Origin: Eledone cirrhosa
Taxonomy: Eukaryota
Reading direction: 5' to 3'
DNA: 64,000 nt
Assembly (NCBI GenBank): GCA_964016885.1
Contig: OZ024742.1
Coordinates: 248,186,001 to 248,250,000, forward strand
The translations under genes and the position numbers were made by a program. Below are positions 14,607-26,945 of this stretch, one piece after another; within the stretch, counting starts at the first letter, position 1, and each line of letters begins with the position of its first letter. Under the pieces are notes generated by a model that saw only the letters and a program-made list of their open reading frames with translations, was not told the DNA's origin and searched no databases.

Positions 14607-14829
14607 ACTGAACAAAAAAGAAAAACCAACAGAGACGTATACACATATGTGTTCAAATAGCTAAGGACCAGGTTCGCTCAGGTGAAAAGAATACTAACTA
14701 TAGACAATAGGGTTTGCCAGACTCAATTTAAGAATAAATCAAGACAATAAATACAAACCAGAATTGTGGTGACTACCAATCACCCGGACATTTTTTATAA
14801 TACTGTTCCGCAATATTAATTGTGAAGAG

Positions 14830-16665
14830 GAATACCATGCTGGGGCACCGCCCTTGTTGCTACACATTTTATGTCCAGCTTGTATTGGTTGGCCACTGGT
14901 ACAAGAGGGAACCAGTTGCTGCTGCCCTTAGGTTTCCATCGTGCCTTGCTGTGGGATCATCCGGGATCCGGGATAGCAAGGTGTCAAGTTGTTTCTTGAA
15001 AACATACACGTCCATACCATGCATATCTTTCAGATCCCTCGGAAGCTTGTTGACGAGTTGAGGGCCCTTGAACGCCAGGCTATTGTAATATCTGCTCCTT
15101 ATTCAAGATGTGGAAGACGGGACCTTTGGCTCCACACACAACGTCCTGTTCGGGGGTTGGTCCAGCTCCCAATTCCAAAGTTTGGTGCTAGTCCCTCCAG
15201 GATTTTCCACATGTATATCACTGCGTATCTCTCCCGTCTTCGTTCCAAGGAGTAGAGGTTCAGTTCTTTTAGCCTCTCCCAGTAGCTTATCTCTTTCATC
15301 GTCATAATCTTGTTGGTGTAGCTTCGAAGGATTGCCTCAAGCTTCGTGGTTAGTTTGACACGATGGGGTGACCACAGCTGGGAGCAATAGTCCAGGTGGC
15401 TTAGGACAAATGTCCTCCATAGCGTCAACATTGTCTCTCGGTCTCTTGTCCGGAAAGTCCTCAAGATCCAGCCTGCAAGTCGTCTAGACATTGTCGCCAC
15501 TGTCATGATGTGTGAGGAAAAAGATGCATCTTCGCTCATGTCTATTCCCAGGTCTTGTATCGATTTCGTCACGGGAATTTCGGTCCCTCCTGCTCCACTG
15601 AAACTGTGTTGTACTGTATTTGTGTTTGCAGGTTTGTATTGTAGGGCTTAAAATTTTGCCAGCATTAAAATGCATGTTGTTGTCTTCCGCCCATTTGTAT
15701 ATGGCATCCAGATCTTGTTGTAAAAGGGCAGCATCAGCCGGGTTTCTGATTTTCTATGCAACCTTAGTATTATCAGCATAGCTAGTGAGGGACGTTGTAT
15801 GTACTACAGAGGGCATGTCTGAGAGAGCCACCAAAAACAGTAGTGGTTCCAGGACTGTGCCTTGGGGCACCCCACTTGTTATTGATGTTTCCGTTGAGAG
15901 AGCCCTGTTTGTACTCTCTGGATTCCGTCCTTTAAGAAGTCATGCTGCTACTCACCTACATTTCCTATTATGTCCTTGTCAAAGGCCTTCGCAAAGTCAA
16001 GATATATCACGTTCACATGAGTGCTGATTAGCAGCTGTTTCAGTACCCAGTCGTAGTGATGTAGCAGCTGTGTAAGGCAACTTCTTCCTGGGCGAAAGCC
16101 ATGCTGCGTGTTAGTTAGGTGGTCATTTTCCTCGAGGAGAGTGATCAGTTTCTTTCTGATGATTCGCTCCATCAACTTACTGATATGTGACGTCAGGGAG
16201 ACTGGCCTATATGTTTTGGCCTCCGCTCTGCTATCTCCTTTATGGATAGTGCATATTGTGCCTTCTTTCAGTTCCTTGGGTAGTCTACCGATAGCCAAGG
16301 AGCTTCTGAAGAGCGTCGTCAGTGGAGTTGCTAAGGCCCGCTTATATGTTTTTAAGAGGACTGCTGGGAATCCATCAGGTCCAGCAGCTGAGTGTGTTCT
16401 AATTTCATCTATGGTGTATACCACATCTTCCTCCGTTATGTCTGTGTGCTTGATGGTCGCCATTACTTCATGGAGTGTTGTGGCATCAAAGAAATCCTCT
16501 GGCTTTGTTATTGGCATGTGCCTCAGTGGACATGTGAACACACTTTTGTACTGTTCGTTCAGTATTTCACTTACCTCTTGGGTATTTCCTGCTAATGAAC
16601 CATCTTTCTGGAAGTGTGGCCCAATTTTGCAGTGTACCGAGGCGCAGACTCTTTTGCAAATTTAA
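14830..16665 (-). mobile_element. CR1-group LINE, 5'-truncated, RT ORF2 pseudogenised with internal deletion
   Basis: AAGPDGFP, YRPVSLTSHISKLMERII, QHGFRPGRSCLTQLL, YLDFAKAFDK, GVPQGTVL, YADNTK, LDYCSQLWSP, YWERLKELNLYSLERRRER. Confidence 0.92.
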
Positions 16666-16679
16666 AGAATATATATATA

Positions 16680-17385
16680 TATCAAAATAAAGATCCGAAG
16701 GCATGGTATAAATTTCCAATCATTTTAATCACGACAAATGTTTCAATAAGAGATAGATCGTTCGTGCGGTCTAATCTTGTTTTGTAAACTAACTTTCGGT
16801 GAATACTCATTCGGTTTGTATATATATATATTTATTTTTTCTTCGACCGCGCGTCGGTGTGTTTGAGTGTGTGTGTACTCACTCACACTAACTGTGACCG
16901 ACTGTAATTCTAAAGATTTGATGTTGGGATTAGACCCGTCCAGCGTCTTTTACAGCTATTGAGAGATACAGACATGATAGTTTTATGACCCTAATTGAGG
17001 ACGATAGCAACAGGTGTGTTTTGGCTGCTTAATCTTCATATGAGGCACAAAACTCTAGTGAGTGAACATCGTTAAATTTTCTCCCTCATATCAAGGATTT
17101 GAAGACAATTCATTTTCACCTGACGAGATCAGTGATAATCGATCATGGCCGCACGATCGATCTATCTCTTATTGAAACATGTGTCGTGATTAAAATGATT
17201 GGACATTTATACCATGCCTTCGGATCTTTATTTTGATACAAATACTCCGTTTTACATCATCTAGCTGTTCCCATAAATGGAATTGGGGATATACAAAAGC
17301 GTGGAGAACTTAATATTGCTAACAAAAGTTTATTGGACCGTATTGAACAACCAATAATACACCTTACTATATAACAACTTATATA
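16680..17385 (+). mobile_element. Penelope-type fold-back module: ~90-bp inverted repeat (16680-16769 / 17149-17238) between TA tracts
   Basis: Arms are near-exact reverse complements; contains the hammerhead at 17106-17201. Confidence 0.75.
17106..17201 (+). ncRNA. Type-I hammerhead ribozyme with extended stem II
   Basis: CAATTCATTTTCAC-CTGACGA-GATCAG...CTTATT-GAAA-CATGTG-TC-GTGATTAAAATGATTG. Confidence 0.7.
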
Positions 17386-17439
17386 TATTTATTTATATAT
17401 ATTATATATATATTTACATATATATATGTATTTATATAT

Positions 17440-17568
<129 letters not shown>

Positions 17569-19259
17569 GAGAGAGAGAGAGAGAGTGAGTGAGAGAGAGA
17601 GTGAGAGAGAGAGAAGAGAGAAAAGATGAATTCGAAAATGCAACTGGAATCTTATTTTTAAAAAATATTTATATATTTATTTGGTTCCTTTACCAGTTTC
17701 GCAGTTCTTCTGCTTTTCAAAAGTAGAGTTGAGATGGAGGGTCTGTGGTCTTTCTCACATTATATATATATATATATATATATAAATATATTGATAGATA
17801 TAGGTATGTGTATGTGGGTGTGTGTATTTATGTATTTGTGTAAATAATCACTTTCACTCTGACACGATTATTATATCCCAATGTAGTATCCTATCCTTAC
17901 TATATACATGGTAGCTTTATTTTTGACGATAAATATGCATCAGGTTTCTTTCTATTAGATATTGTGTGGTCGACGTATTACATCTCGTAGCCTATTGCAA
18001 AACATTCGTGCGGATACTATATTTCATAACCAATCTAAAAATAAAACTTGTCTTTTTGACTCATTATGAATTATAAAGGTGATACAATTTATTTTAGTTC
18101 TCTGACCCATAATATATATAACGCTAATCTTGAGAAATCACGATATAGCTTAACATGGAGCTGAGTGTATGGGTCTATACACATAATATCAATTGTTCAC
18201 TGTATATCTAAACTGTTGTCGATATTTAGTATTAAATACTCGTCATATAAAACTGTCTAAACAAATAAAATTGCCATTAGAGAGCTTATGTATCACATGA
18301 CTTAACAATTCTAAGCGGATTATATGTAATGTAAGTTTTTAAACAATATTTTTTCCTAAGGACATAAATGTAAGCATACGTCAAAAAACTTAATAATCAA
18401 AATTCCATTTCTATAAATGTTAAGAATTGTGTATAATATATAAAAGAATCAACAACAATAGAAAATATGATATATTATTATGTAAACTATTAACGTTGTT
18501 ACACGGTATTATGTAATTTTATCAGAATCTTTACAAACAACATAGCTGTCAAGATATAAAGCCTTTCTCGCTACTGATATAACAAAATATAAACGTTTGA
18601 AAACTGCAGTAAATGCAGGATTAATGTAGCCTCCATTACAAACAATGAAGTAAAGAGAGAACCACTACGTGGCAATATATGTTAACTAGAATTAACAACG
18701 CAAATCATAAATGTATTGCATGGGTAGATTTTGCTTCTGTCTTTTCGAGGTGTTGCAACTAAAGTATCAGCCCAGGGTGTTTGGTTTGGCAGAATTAGGA
18801 GAGTAGTGGAAGAGATGCTTTGTGATTTGTATCCTCGTCATTCGCGTTCTGATCTGAAATACCAGAAAGAGCGGGGATTTCCCCTGATTAGTGGCTAAGA
18901 AGATGTATTGTGGATTTGATGAAAATGAATAGGGACAATCGTTTCGGCGCAGTCCTGTTAGAGGCTTTTAAGTTGGATATGAAGGTGGAGCCGACGATGG
19001 AACAATAGGTGATGGTTTCCTGTACAATTGTTAAAGGTCGTGTAAGTGGTGAGCATAACCCGAGTGAATAGAATAACACTCAACATGCGCTAGTTTGCCT
19101 GTTGGAAATACAACTGATAAGTGTAGATATCTTTATTTTGTCAGGCTAATCCTTTATAAGTGGAGTTCCTTGAATGACCCTAGTTTGCGGGCTTCCTTCT
19201 GTAGGTATTCCCATATATTTCAGACTTATGCATCACAGGATCTATTTTGTTCAGCCGAT

Positions 19260-20185
19260 ATATTAGTATCACCCATCCACAATACGTGTAGCCAAAAACT
19301 GACATGCTCTCTTAAATGTTTCCATTGCATTAATAGTAATGGTATCTAATATTAAACACAGGGCAAGCAATGATGGGGTGGGGTGTAAAGTCGATTATAT
19401 AATTCATATTTATCTTTAGTTATCGAACCCCGAAAAAGATTAAGTAGACATCGACTGGGCGTCATCTGCGAGAAGAAGAAACAAACGCCTCAACGTATGT
19501 TACCGATTTTCTATTGATTCTACCAATCCAGCGACTTTTATTTACAACAATGATGAAATACATAAACCCCTTTTTTCCGTCCCATCATATTGATATTCCA
19601 ATACTTTGAGATATGTTTATTATCTCAATCTTGTGTCAGGAAGATAAAACAGAAAACACATCATCCTCACATACATCGAGAAAGCGAGAGAGAAAGGTGA
19701 ATAGAGAGTATTTCACTTATCAATTGGACATTCTGCTACTAAACAGACGTAGGTAATATGAAGGCCTAGGTCAGGTTGACATGTCAAAAGAAATCTACAA
19801 TCTTCAACGCGACGCTGAAGAAACATGCCAGATGATGTTAATACAAAAAAATGTGTAGGAAATATAAATTAGCTTTAGTTTTTCTGTTGTTATAATTTTA
19901 CAACATACATCAAAAGGTACGGATGTGCTTCGCTGATCAACAAATAATTATATTTTCTCTCTCGCTTATATATATTACAATCACAAAGAATAGCGTCACA
20001 TTCTGTTCCATTTATAAAGACACACTTATATACATAACATGCAGCGTTACATGCATTGGCGTCACTTACAGACTCACCTACACACATATATACATATATA
20101 CATCCAAAAGCGTACAGGCACACAGTGAAATGAGATGCGAATGCACACACATGCACAACACCTCCCAATCTATACAAATATATAT

Positions 20186-20257
<72 letters not shown>

Positions 20258-20434
20258 GTGTGTGAGTGTATTTGTATGTATTTGTGTAAGTATGCGTGTA
20301 CATGTGTTTCTATGTATGTATATATATATATATATATATTAGTATCACCCATTCCCGATACTTGTAACCAAAAACTGACATGCTCTCTTAAATGTTACCA
20401 TTGCATTAATAGTAATGGTATCTAATATTAAACA
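19260..20434 (+). repeat. ~97-bp dispersed direct repeat (19260-19358 and 20337-20434)
   Basis: TATTAGTATCACCCAT...CCAAAAACTGACATGCTCTCTTAAATGTT...GGTATCTAATATTAAACA present twice. Confidence 0.85.
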
Positions 20435-20647
20435 AACCGAGCATTATAATAAATGTTGGGTGAATCCATACGTACATATATATATGTGTGCATGTATGTA
20501 TATATATATACATACTACTGTACGTCTGTATACATATATGTATGTACGCATACATATATGTATGTACGCATACATACTTATATTTAAGTAGCAGCCGTAC
20601 TAAGAGTGAGAAATGAAATTTCGTTTCATTTACATATATACATTTAC

Positions 20648-20723
<76 letters not shown>

Positions 20724-20914
20724 AATGGAAAAAAATGAAACGAAATTTCATTTCTCACTCTTAGTAATGCTGTTACTTAAATATAAGTATGTATGCGTAC
20801 ATACATATATGTATACAGACGTACAGTAGTATGTATATATATATACATACATGCACACATATATATATGTACGTATGGATTCACCCAACATTTATTATAA
20901 TGCTCGGTTTGTTT
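20430..20914. repeat. ~200-bp-arm palindrome centred on (TA)n
   Basis: 20430-20650 is the reverse complement of 20718-20914 apart from a short tandem duplication and a few substitutions. Confidence 0.9.
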
Positions 20915-20918
20915 GTAA

Positions 20919-21217
20919 ACAAACATCCCGAATTAAGCCGTACAGTGTTTAGCAACCATCGTTGCTCTTTTGTTCAACACTGACTTCCATTTATCGTTTA
21001 CGGTGCGCCCGGCCGATTAACTCACTCGATATGCAAATTAGGCTACTCAGCATAAGGAAAGTATATACTTTCAGACGTTCAATCATCTGGCAGGAAGGTA
21101 TACGGCGCCGACGATAGCTAATAAGCTTAAAACTAGTACATCGTTCCTTCTGTCAATGTTGAACAAAAGAGCAACGATGGTTGCTAAACACTGTACGGCT
21201 TAATTCGGGATGTTTGT
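20919..21217 (+). mobile_element. Fold-back module: 66-bp inverted repeat (20919-20984 / 21152-21217) with degenerate hammerhead in the spacer
   Basis: Arms reverse-complementary; spacer has CCGACGA-TAGCT-AATA-AGCTT-AAAA-CTAG-TA at 21108-21138. Confidence 0.7.
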
Positions 21218-21230
21218 ATACGTATACATA

Positions 21231-21276
<46 letters not shown>

Positions 21277-21277
<1 letters not shown>

Positions 21278-21465
21278 CGAAGGAAATGTGGTAAGGAACC
21301 AGATGGACCATAACGCACAAAAGTACTCAATACTTAGGGTAGTAGAGTGGGTAATAGGAACAAGTATGACCCCGACGACAGAGCTCAAGCCGTTTCGACG
21401 GCTAATTCTAGTCTGAATTACCCGTCGAAACGGCTTGAGCTCTGCCGTCGGGGTCATACTTGTTA

Positions 21466-21467
<2 letters not shown>
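21277..21467 (-). mobile_element. Penelope pLTR-type fragment in (TA)n ending in a ~45-bp-arm hairpin
   Basis: AACAAGTATGACCCCGACGACAGAGCTCAAGCCGTTTCGACGG and its reverse complement; both arms carry the HHR 3' half GAAA-CGGC..GCCG-TC; GTACTCAATACTTAG motif shared with 46297. Confidence 0.75.
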
Positions 21468-21504
<37 letters not shown>

Positions 21505-21579
21505 CATACATAGACACACATATACTCGCATACATACACAAATAGATACAAATACACTCAAATATATATAGATATATAG

Positions 21580-21617
<38 letters not shown>

Positions 21618-21640
21618 ATATATCCACATATATATGTGTG

Positions 21641-21713
<73 letters not shown>

Positions 21714-21717
21714 TTAC

Positions 21718-21770
<53 letters not shown>

Positions 21771-21988
21771 CATACATATACATATATATATATATATATA
21801 CATATATACATACATATATATATATATATACATATATATACAATATATATATATATATATACGTGATAGAATATATATCCCCTCACCATTAATTATTTTC
21901 TTGTGATAGTTTTGCTAAAAGCCCAACCAGACTTGAAACCCGGTTAAAGGTTATCAAACATCTGTTGTTTTAATTGATAAGGAAATAC

Positions 21989-22197
21989 CAGGGGTGCTTA
22001 AACCGTCTTTCTTTGATCCCCGCTAAATAGGCCGGGTTGGAGGCCCCACATTCCGTATTCTTTTTACAGAGCTTAGAAAATCCGAAAGATCGCTGCAATA
22101 AGTGCATGAATCTGAGAGCGGAATATGTTGAATAATATATTTAATTGATCATCCTGTACTTTCTTTTCACGAAGCCAGGAATATTTCAGCACGCCTG
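21989..22197 (+). mobile_element. Mariner-derived MITE/relic
   Basis: TIRs CAGGGGTGCTTAAA / TTTCAGCACGCCTG; internal LENPKDRCNKCMNLRAEYVE*, a typical mariner C-terminus. Confidence 0.7.
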
Positions 22198-22439
22198 CCC
22201 TTATATTCATTGTTTACATGACTACACGCTCAATCTATACATTTATATACATATTTACGCTGTCTACTAAGCTACCTCAATTCTGTGTATATACAGACAT
22301 CACGTTATGATAAAATTCAGCTGCTTAGCGCACACATTGATATATATCTTAATTAATTATGAATATGATACTTATTAATATACTCCTCCACCTTCTCCTT
22401 CTTCTTCTTCTGATAAAAACTTACTAATTAGTGAATATA

Positions 22440-24250
22440 AGAACGTAAAACCTGAATAGCGATTGTTTCTCGATACATGCTCGTAATATCGGAGTTCTCA
22501 TCTCTCAATTCGGAGTAGGGCCTCAGCCTGGAGCGACACGTTGACCTCCAAACTATGCTCTGTATGGTGTAACTTTATTCCAATGATCCTTTGGAGGAAA
22601 CCCATTTCTGCCGCTTGTGTTCTTGATCGTAATCTTATGGTGATTCAGGACCATACGTAAGCATTAGCACGAATACTGAATTGAAGTTAGCTATTTCTTT
22701 TACACCTACCTACCTTCTTCTGATTACTGACTGCTGAAGCTGACACAAGCTCCGGCAATTCTTGTATTTGATTCAGTTCCTGCTCCCTCAATATGTCGCC
22801 GAAATACTTGAACTTGTCCACCTCTAATGTGTTTATGTTAGGTATATTCTTTCTAAATATTATTTCGGGTGGTGTATTCTAAATTCAGTCAAATGTTATT
22901 GTTGTTTTTTTTGTCTTATCGTGTTAGTTCTTTTAGTGTCCTTTTCAAAATGTTGAAACTAGCTTGTTACGGGAATCGCTAGAGTTTCCATGGCTATCAA
23001 CTTATTCATTGCAATTATTTCAGCCTTTAATGATAATCAAATCAGGTTATGTTAATCCTTTCTAAACGTTCCTTTCATCTGGGTATATAGAAAATCCGTA
23101 CAACGTATTTATTCCGCAGTAATTGTATGTCTCTTCTTAATCTAATTCAGTTTATTTGTCTAGCATGATAAATATTTTCACAAGATTTACTCAAGGCTGT
23201 TTGTCATATGTTTCTAATTAAACTCTCATGCAAATTATATTTGTGAATCGATGTAGCAGTATTTCAAGTTTTCTCTCATCTGCAGGGTACAACTGGATAC
23301 TTTTCTTTACATAACATTTATAACCAATCCATTCCTGTTGAGTAACTGAGCTAATGCTATCAATGCTAGACAGAAGAAGGGTTGTGAACAGGATATCACT
23401 TAAAATATCCCCCTTTAATTGGGGAATGGTCTCTGTTTTCATAAATCCCTCTTTTTGTGTAACTTCAAAATTCTTTGCAATGTATTTATTTGATTAATGT
23501 TTTTATTTTTGGCACTACTTAGTTTATCGCTAATCTCTTCCGTATCTACGTATGAGGAACAATTCCAATATCCCTCTGAAGAAATTTTCTTCTTTTTCTG
23601 TTATAGTCTCATTGATTAATAATTTATCTTTATGAATCTTTGCATCATCCTTTCTGATGTTCTGGAAAATGCTTGTTCAGTGTCTGTGATATGATTGTAG
23701 CTAAGGTTTTGCATGTTGTTGGAAGGCATTTTTGGCTTATAGTTTTGAATGCTTTCTGTATCATTATTCTTGGATAATAAAGAAATCATTATTCTTGTAT
23801 ATCAGATTTTGTCTTCTTTTCAGAAAAATGGGTGGGTGTTATTTCTGGTTCTATTAAAACCCTCATAAAATGTTGTTGCAAGTAAACCATGTTTCCTAGT
23901 TGTTTTTTCTTTCCTATATCATTTAAGATACACATGTTTTTTTTTTCTACATTTCGTTTGTATCTTTGATTTCCATGATTTCCGTGTTCTTTTTATTCCA
24001 GTGTTTGTAATGGGGTGCTCGTTTACCTTTGAAACAATTTTGACTGCTGCTTTTACCATGCTATTTAGACTTGTGATGCTAATGTTTCTTTTCAGTTAAT
24101 TAAATCCTTGATGGTAAGGTTAGCGGTCTTTTATAATTGTTGTTATTTCACCATTTGCTTTTATTTTGGGAAAGGGTTTTCGTTCGCCCATAAAGGGATC
24201 TAACGGTGGAATTATTGGATTATTTCCATATTTAATTTATCGTTGTCATT
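22440..24250 (-). mobile_element. Heavily decayed RTE-like LINE remnants
   Basis: VDKFKYFG...QELPEL and SVFVLMLTYGPES-like segments near 22640-22830; rest only weakly LINE-like; no long ORF. Confidence 0.45.
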
Positions 24251-25016
24251 ATGGCTCTCTTCGGGTTTCATATACATTCATCTTCATTCTCATATTTCCT
24301 TTCATTTATATTTAACGCTGTGTTATGCTGAATCGGATTTGCTGGTCTGTATTCTGCATGTCTTTAGAGTTAGGGTTTGTTGCATTTTGTTTTTAATTTA
24401 TCTCTTTTAGATAAGTGGGTGCTATGTTCATAGCTTAAATTTTCGATATTTTTATTTGTGAAATGATTTGTGTTTGCTATTTAGGTAATATATTTCAATT
24501 TCTAAATATGTTTTGCTTGTTTTTAATATATATATATATCTACTTAAGTTCGCTGGTGAGTTTGAGTCGAGTTTTAAGCCCGAATGAATGATATTTCGTC
24601 CAAGATTCAATATGGTGTGCTGATTTATTTTAATTATGAGGGCACAGATTTAACGGAAAATATATATATAGAATAAAAGCAGCTGCAACTTGAAATTCTC
24701 GTGTTACCATTATATTAACACTCGTTAGAGTATCTGTGTGCTTGAAATCTCCTTGAAAGGATGTAAGCAAGGATTCTGTGCTTTAAACATAAAAACTACC
24801 CCCATAATTCATACTTACTCTCGGGTTCGATATGTATTCATAAACACGTAGAGAGAGAGAGAAATATATATATAGAAGAGAAATAAGATTTAGCTTCAAG
24901 CATAGCTTTATACAATATGTATAGAAATTTCGTATTTCTAAAGAGATACGGTTTTAGGAAACCGTAGCTATGCAAACACCGGGGTTAACGCCCTCTAGTG
25001 GTGTCCAGCAGAAGCA

Positions 25017-25071
25017 GGAGGACAACTGTCTATGCATTTCAGGCTTGACTGGCCTTCGTCAGGACGGTCCC
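25017..25071 (-). ncRNA. Type-I hammerhead ribozyme (minus-strand copy)
   Basis: Reverse complement of 25166-25218 with intact CTGACGA and GAAA cores; one stem-I mismatch. Confidence 0.82.
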
Positions 25072-25165
25072 TCCCACCGCTTGCTACTGCTGGACTTGAA
25101 AACAGTCGAGAATATATAGTTTTCTCGGCTGTGTTAATGAGGTGATTAATCTCATTTAGATGGGA

Positions 25166-25218
25166 GGGACCGTCCTGACGAAGGCCAGTCAAGCCTGAAA
25201 TGCATAGACGGTTGTCCC
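25166..25218 (+). ncRNA. Type-I hammerhead ribozyme, canonical core
   Basis: GGGACCGTC-CTGACGA-AGGC-CAGTCAA-GCCT-GAAA-TGCA-TA-GACGGT-TG-TCCC; palindromic minimal stem III. Confidence 0.9.
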
Positions 25219-25358
25219 CCTTGCTTCTGCTGGACACCATCAGAGTGCATTAGCCTCGGTGTTTGCATAGCTACGGCTTCCTAAAACCCTATTTCTTTAG
25301 AAATACGAAATTTCTATACACATATATATGATAGCCTACTGCTCTAACCACGAAGCAT

Positions 25359-25763
25359 GGCTTAGTGGTTAGAGCAGATTAGGCTTGCAATCGAAAGGTT
25401 GTGAGTTCAATTTTCGGACTGGGTAATGGGTTGTTTCCTTGAGCAAGACACTTTATTTAACGTTGCTCCAGTTTACTCAGCTGAAAATGAGTACCAGCAA
25501 TAGCTGGAGGTTTAACCCTGCGATGGACTGGCGTCCTGTCCAGGGGGAGTCTTGTAGTCTCAGTCGTTTCACGACATGAACCCGGGATAAGCACCGGCCA
25601 AATGAGCCTTCTGGCTTAAGAGAGATTTAGACTTACGGCCTGCCCCCTCCAGCCAGTGGGATGGCGTCATCGTATGGCTAAAAAAAGCACGTGCTGTGAC
25701 CAGCGGCGCCGGATGGCGCCCGACATACTGGTCGGTCAAGGTGATCAAGGTGATCAAGGTGAT
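25359..25763 (+). mobile_element. tRNA-derived CORE-type SINE (family B) with (CAAGGTGAT)3 tail
   Basis: A box GGCTTAGTGG, B box GAGTTCAATT, CORE-like CCTTGAGCAAGACACTT, then CCCTGCGATGGACTGGCGTCCTGTCCAGGG. Confidence 0.75.
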
Positions 25764-25900
25764 ATATATATATATATATATATATCAATAGTATTGTCTA
25801 ATATTCTGACTGAAATCCTCCATCCTTATCGATATATACTAATTATCACAATCAATGTATATTTGAATTGTTAACTATGTAGGCAACACAAATGAATATA

Positions 25901-26010
25901 ATTGTTTCTACATTTGGCACAAGGCCAGCAATTATCCCAGTGTATTACTGGTACTTTGTTTTATCGACCCCGTAAGGATGAAAGGCAAAGTTAACCTCGG
26001 CGGGATTTGA
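25901..26010 (-). mobile_element. Truncated SINE family A
   Basis: Reverse-complement match to the core and tail. Confidence 0.85.
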
Positions 26011-26259
26011 ATATAATGTCAGTACAGCAGGAATATGTCAGCAATAAAACATTATTACTGCTACGGTGACACGCTCTCCCTACGGTATCTATTATTGATG
26101 TCTCAATAGGTCATACCTAATAGTTCATTCACAACTAACCTTCGTTCTAGATACAGTGATATCATTGCCGGTGTTTTTCTCCCATTTATTCAATTATCTG
26201 TTACATATATCTCATAGCAACTCTGAAGTTTAAAGCTAATACATTACATACACACATCC

Positions 26260-26341
<82 letters not shown>

Positions 26342-26439
26342 ATTTACATATATACAAACTAAACAAAGTCACAGATATATATGTAGCAACCATTCACGAT
26401 ATGGCTCAATGAAAAATTAATAAATTAAATAATCAGAGC

Positions 26440-26638
26440 AATATATCATAAAGTATGTCCATAGAATCATCTGATAAAATATATACACCATTTCCTGTCG
26501 TTTATTTATCAAACATTTCTTCATAGGAGCCTTTAATTTTATAGCTTGGTCTAATTGATTTTTTATGTGGCTAATTATGCTAATTGGGAGAGGAAATGGT
26601 GTATATATTTTATCAGATGATTCTATGGACGTACCTTA

Positions 26639-26645
<7 letters not shown>
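26440..26645. repeat. ~55-bp inverted repeat (26440-26496 / 26591-26645) abutting (TA)n
   Basis: GTCCATAGAATCATCTGATAAAATATATACACCATTTCCT and its reverse complement. Confidence 0.85.
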
Positions 26646-26712
<67 letters not shown>

Positions 26713-26843
26713 ATAAGTATACCTATCAATTAATTTAATATCTTGTTATAGATCTAGATTCCTTGTGGTTTAAATAAGATTGGTATTTCTCACTAATACC
26801 CTTACCTTAAAATTTTATTTTCCTTGGTTTTTAACATTATTCT

Positions 26844-26945
26844 CGAGGTTGACTTTGCCTTTCATCCTTACGGGGTCGATAAAATAAAGTACCAGTATTG
26901 CACTGGATAATTGCTGGCCTTGTGCCTAAAGTAGAAACAATTATT
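26844..26945 (+). mobile_element. Truncated SINE family A
   Basis: CGAGGTTGACTTTGCCTTTCATCCTTACGGGGTCGATAAAATAAAGTACCAG. Confidence 0.85.

Larger units (their letters stand above)
24918..25320. mobile_element. Fold-back element, ~160-bp inverted arms (24918-25076 / 25161-25320), hammerhead in each arm
   Basis: Arms are reverse complements with scattered mismatches; TA-rich flanks. Confidence 0.88.

Noticed and set aside
18880-19260. Possible old LINE fragment
   Set aside because: No convincing RT motif could be read
21905-21956. Hammerhead-like GATAGTTTT..GAAACCCGGTT..AAAGGTTATC
   Set aside because: The CUGANGA core and stem II are too degraded to call
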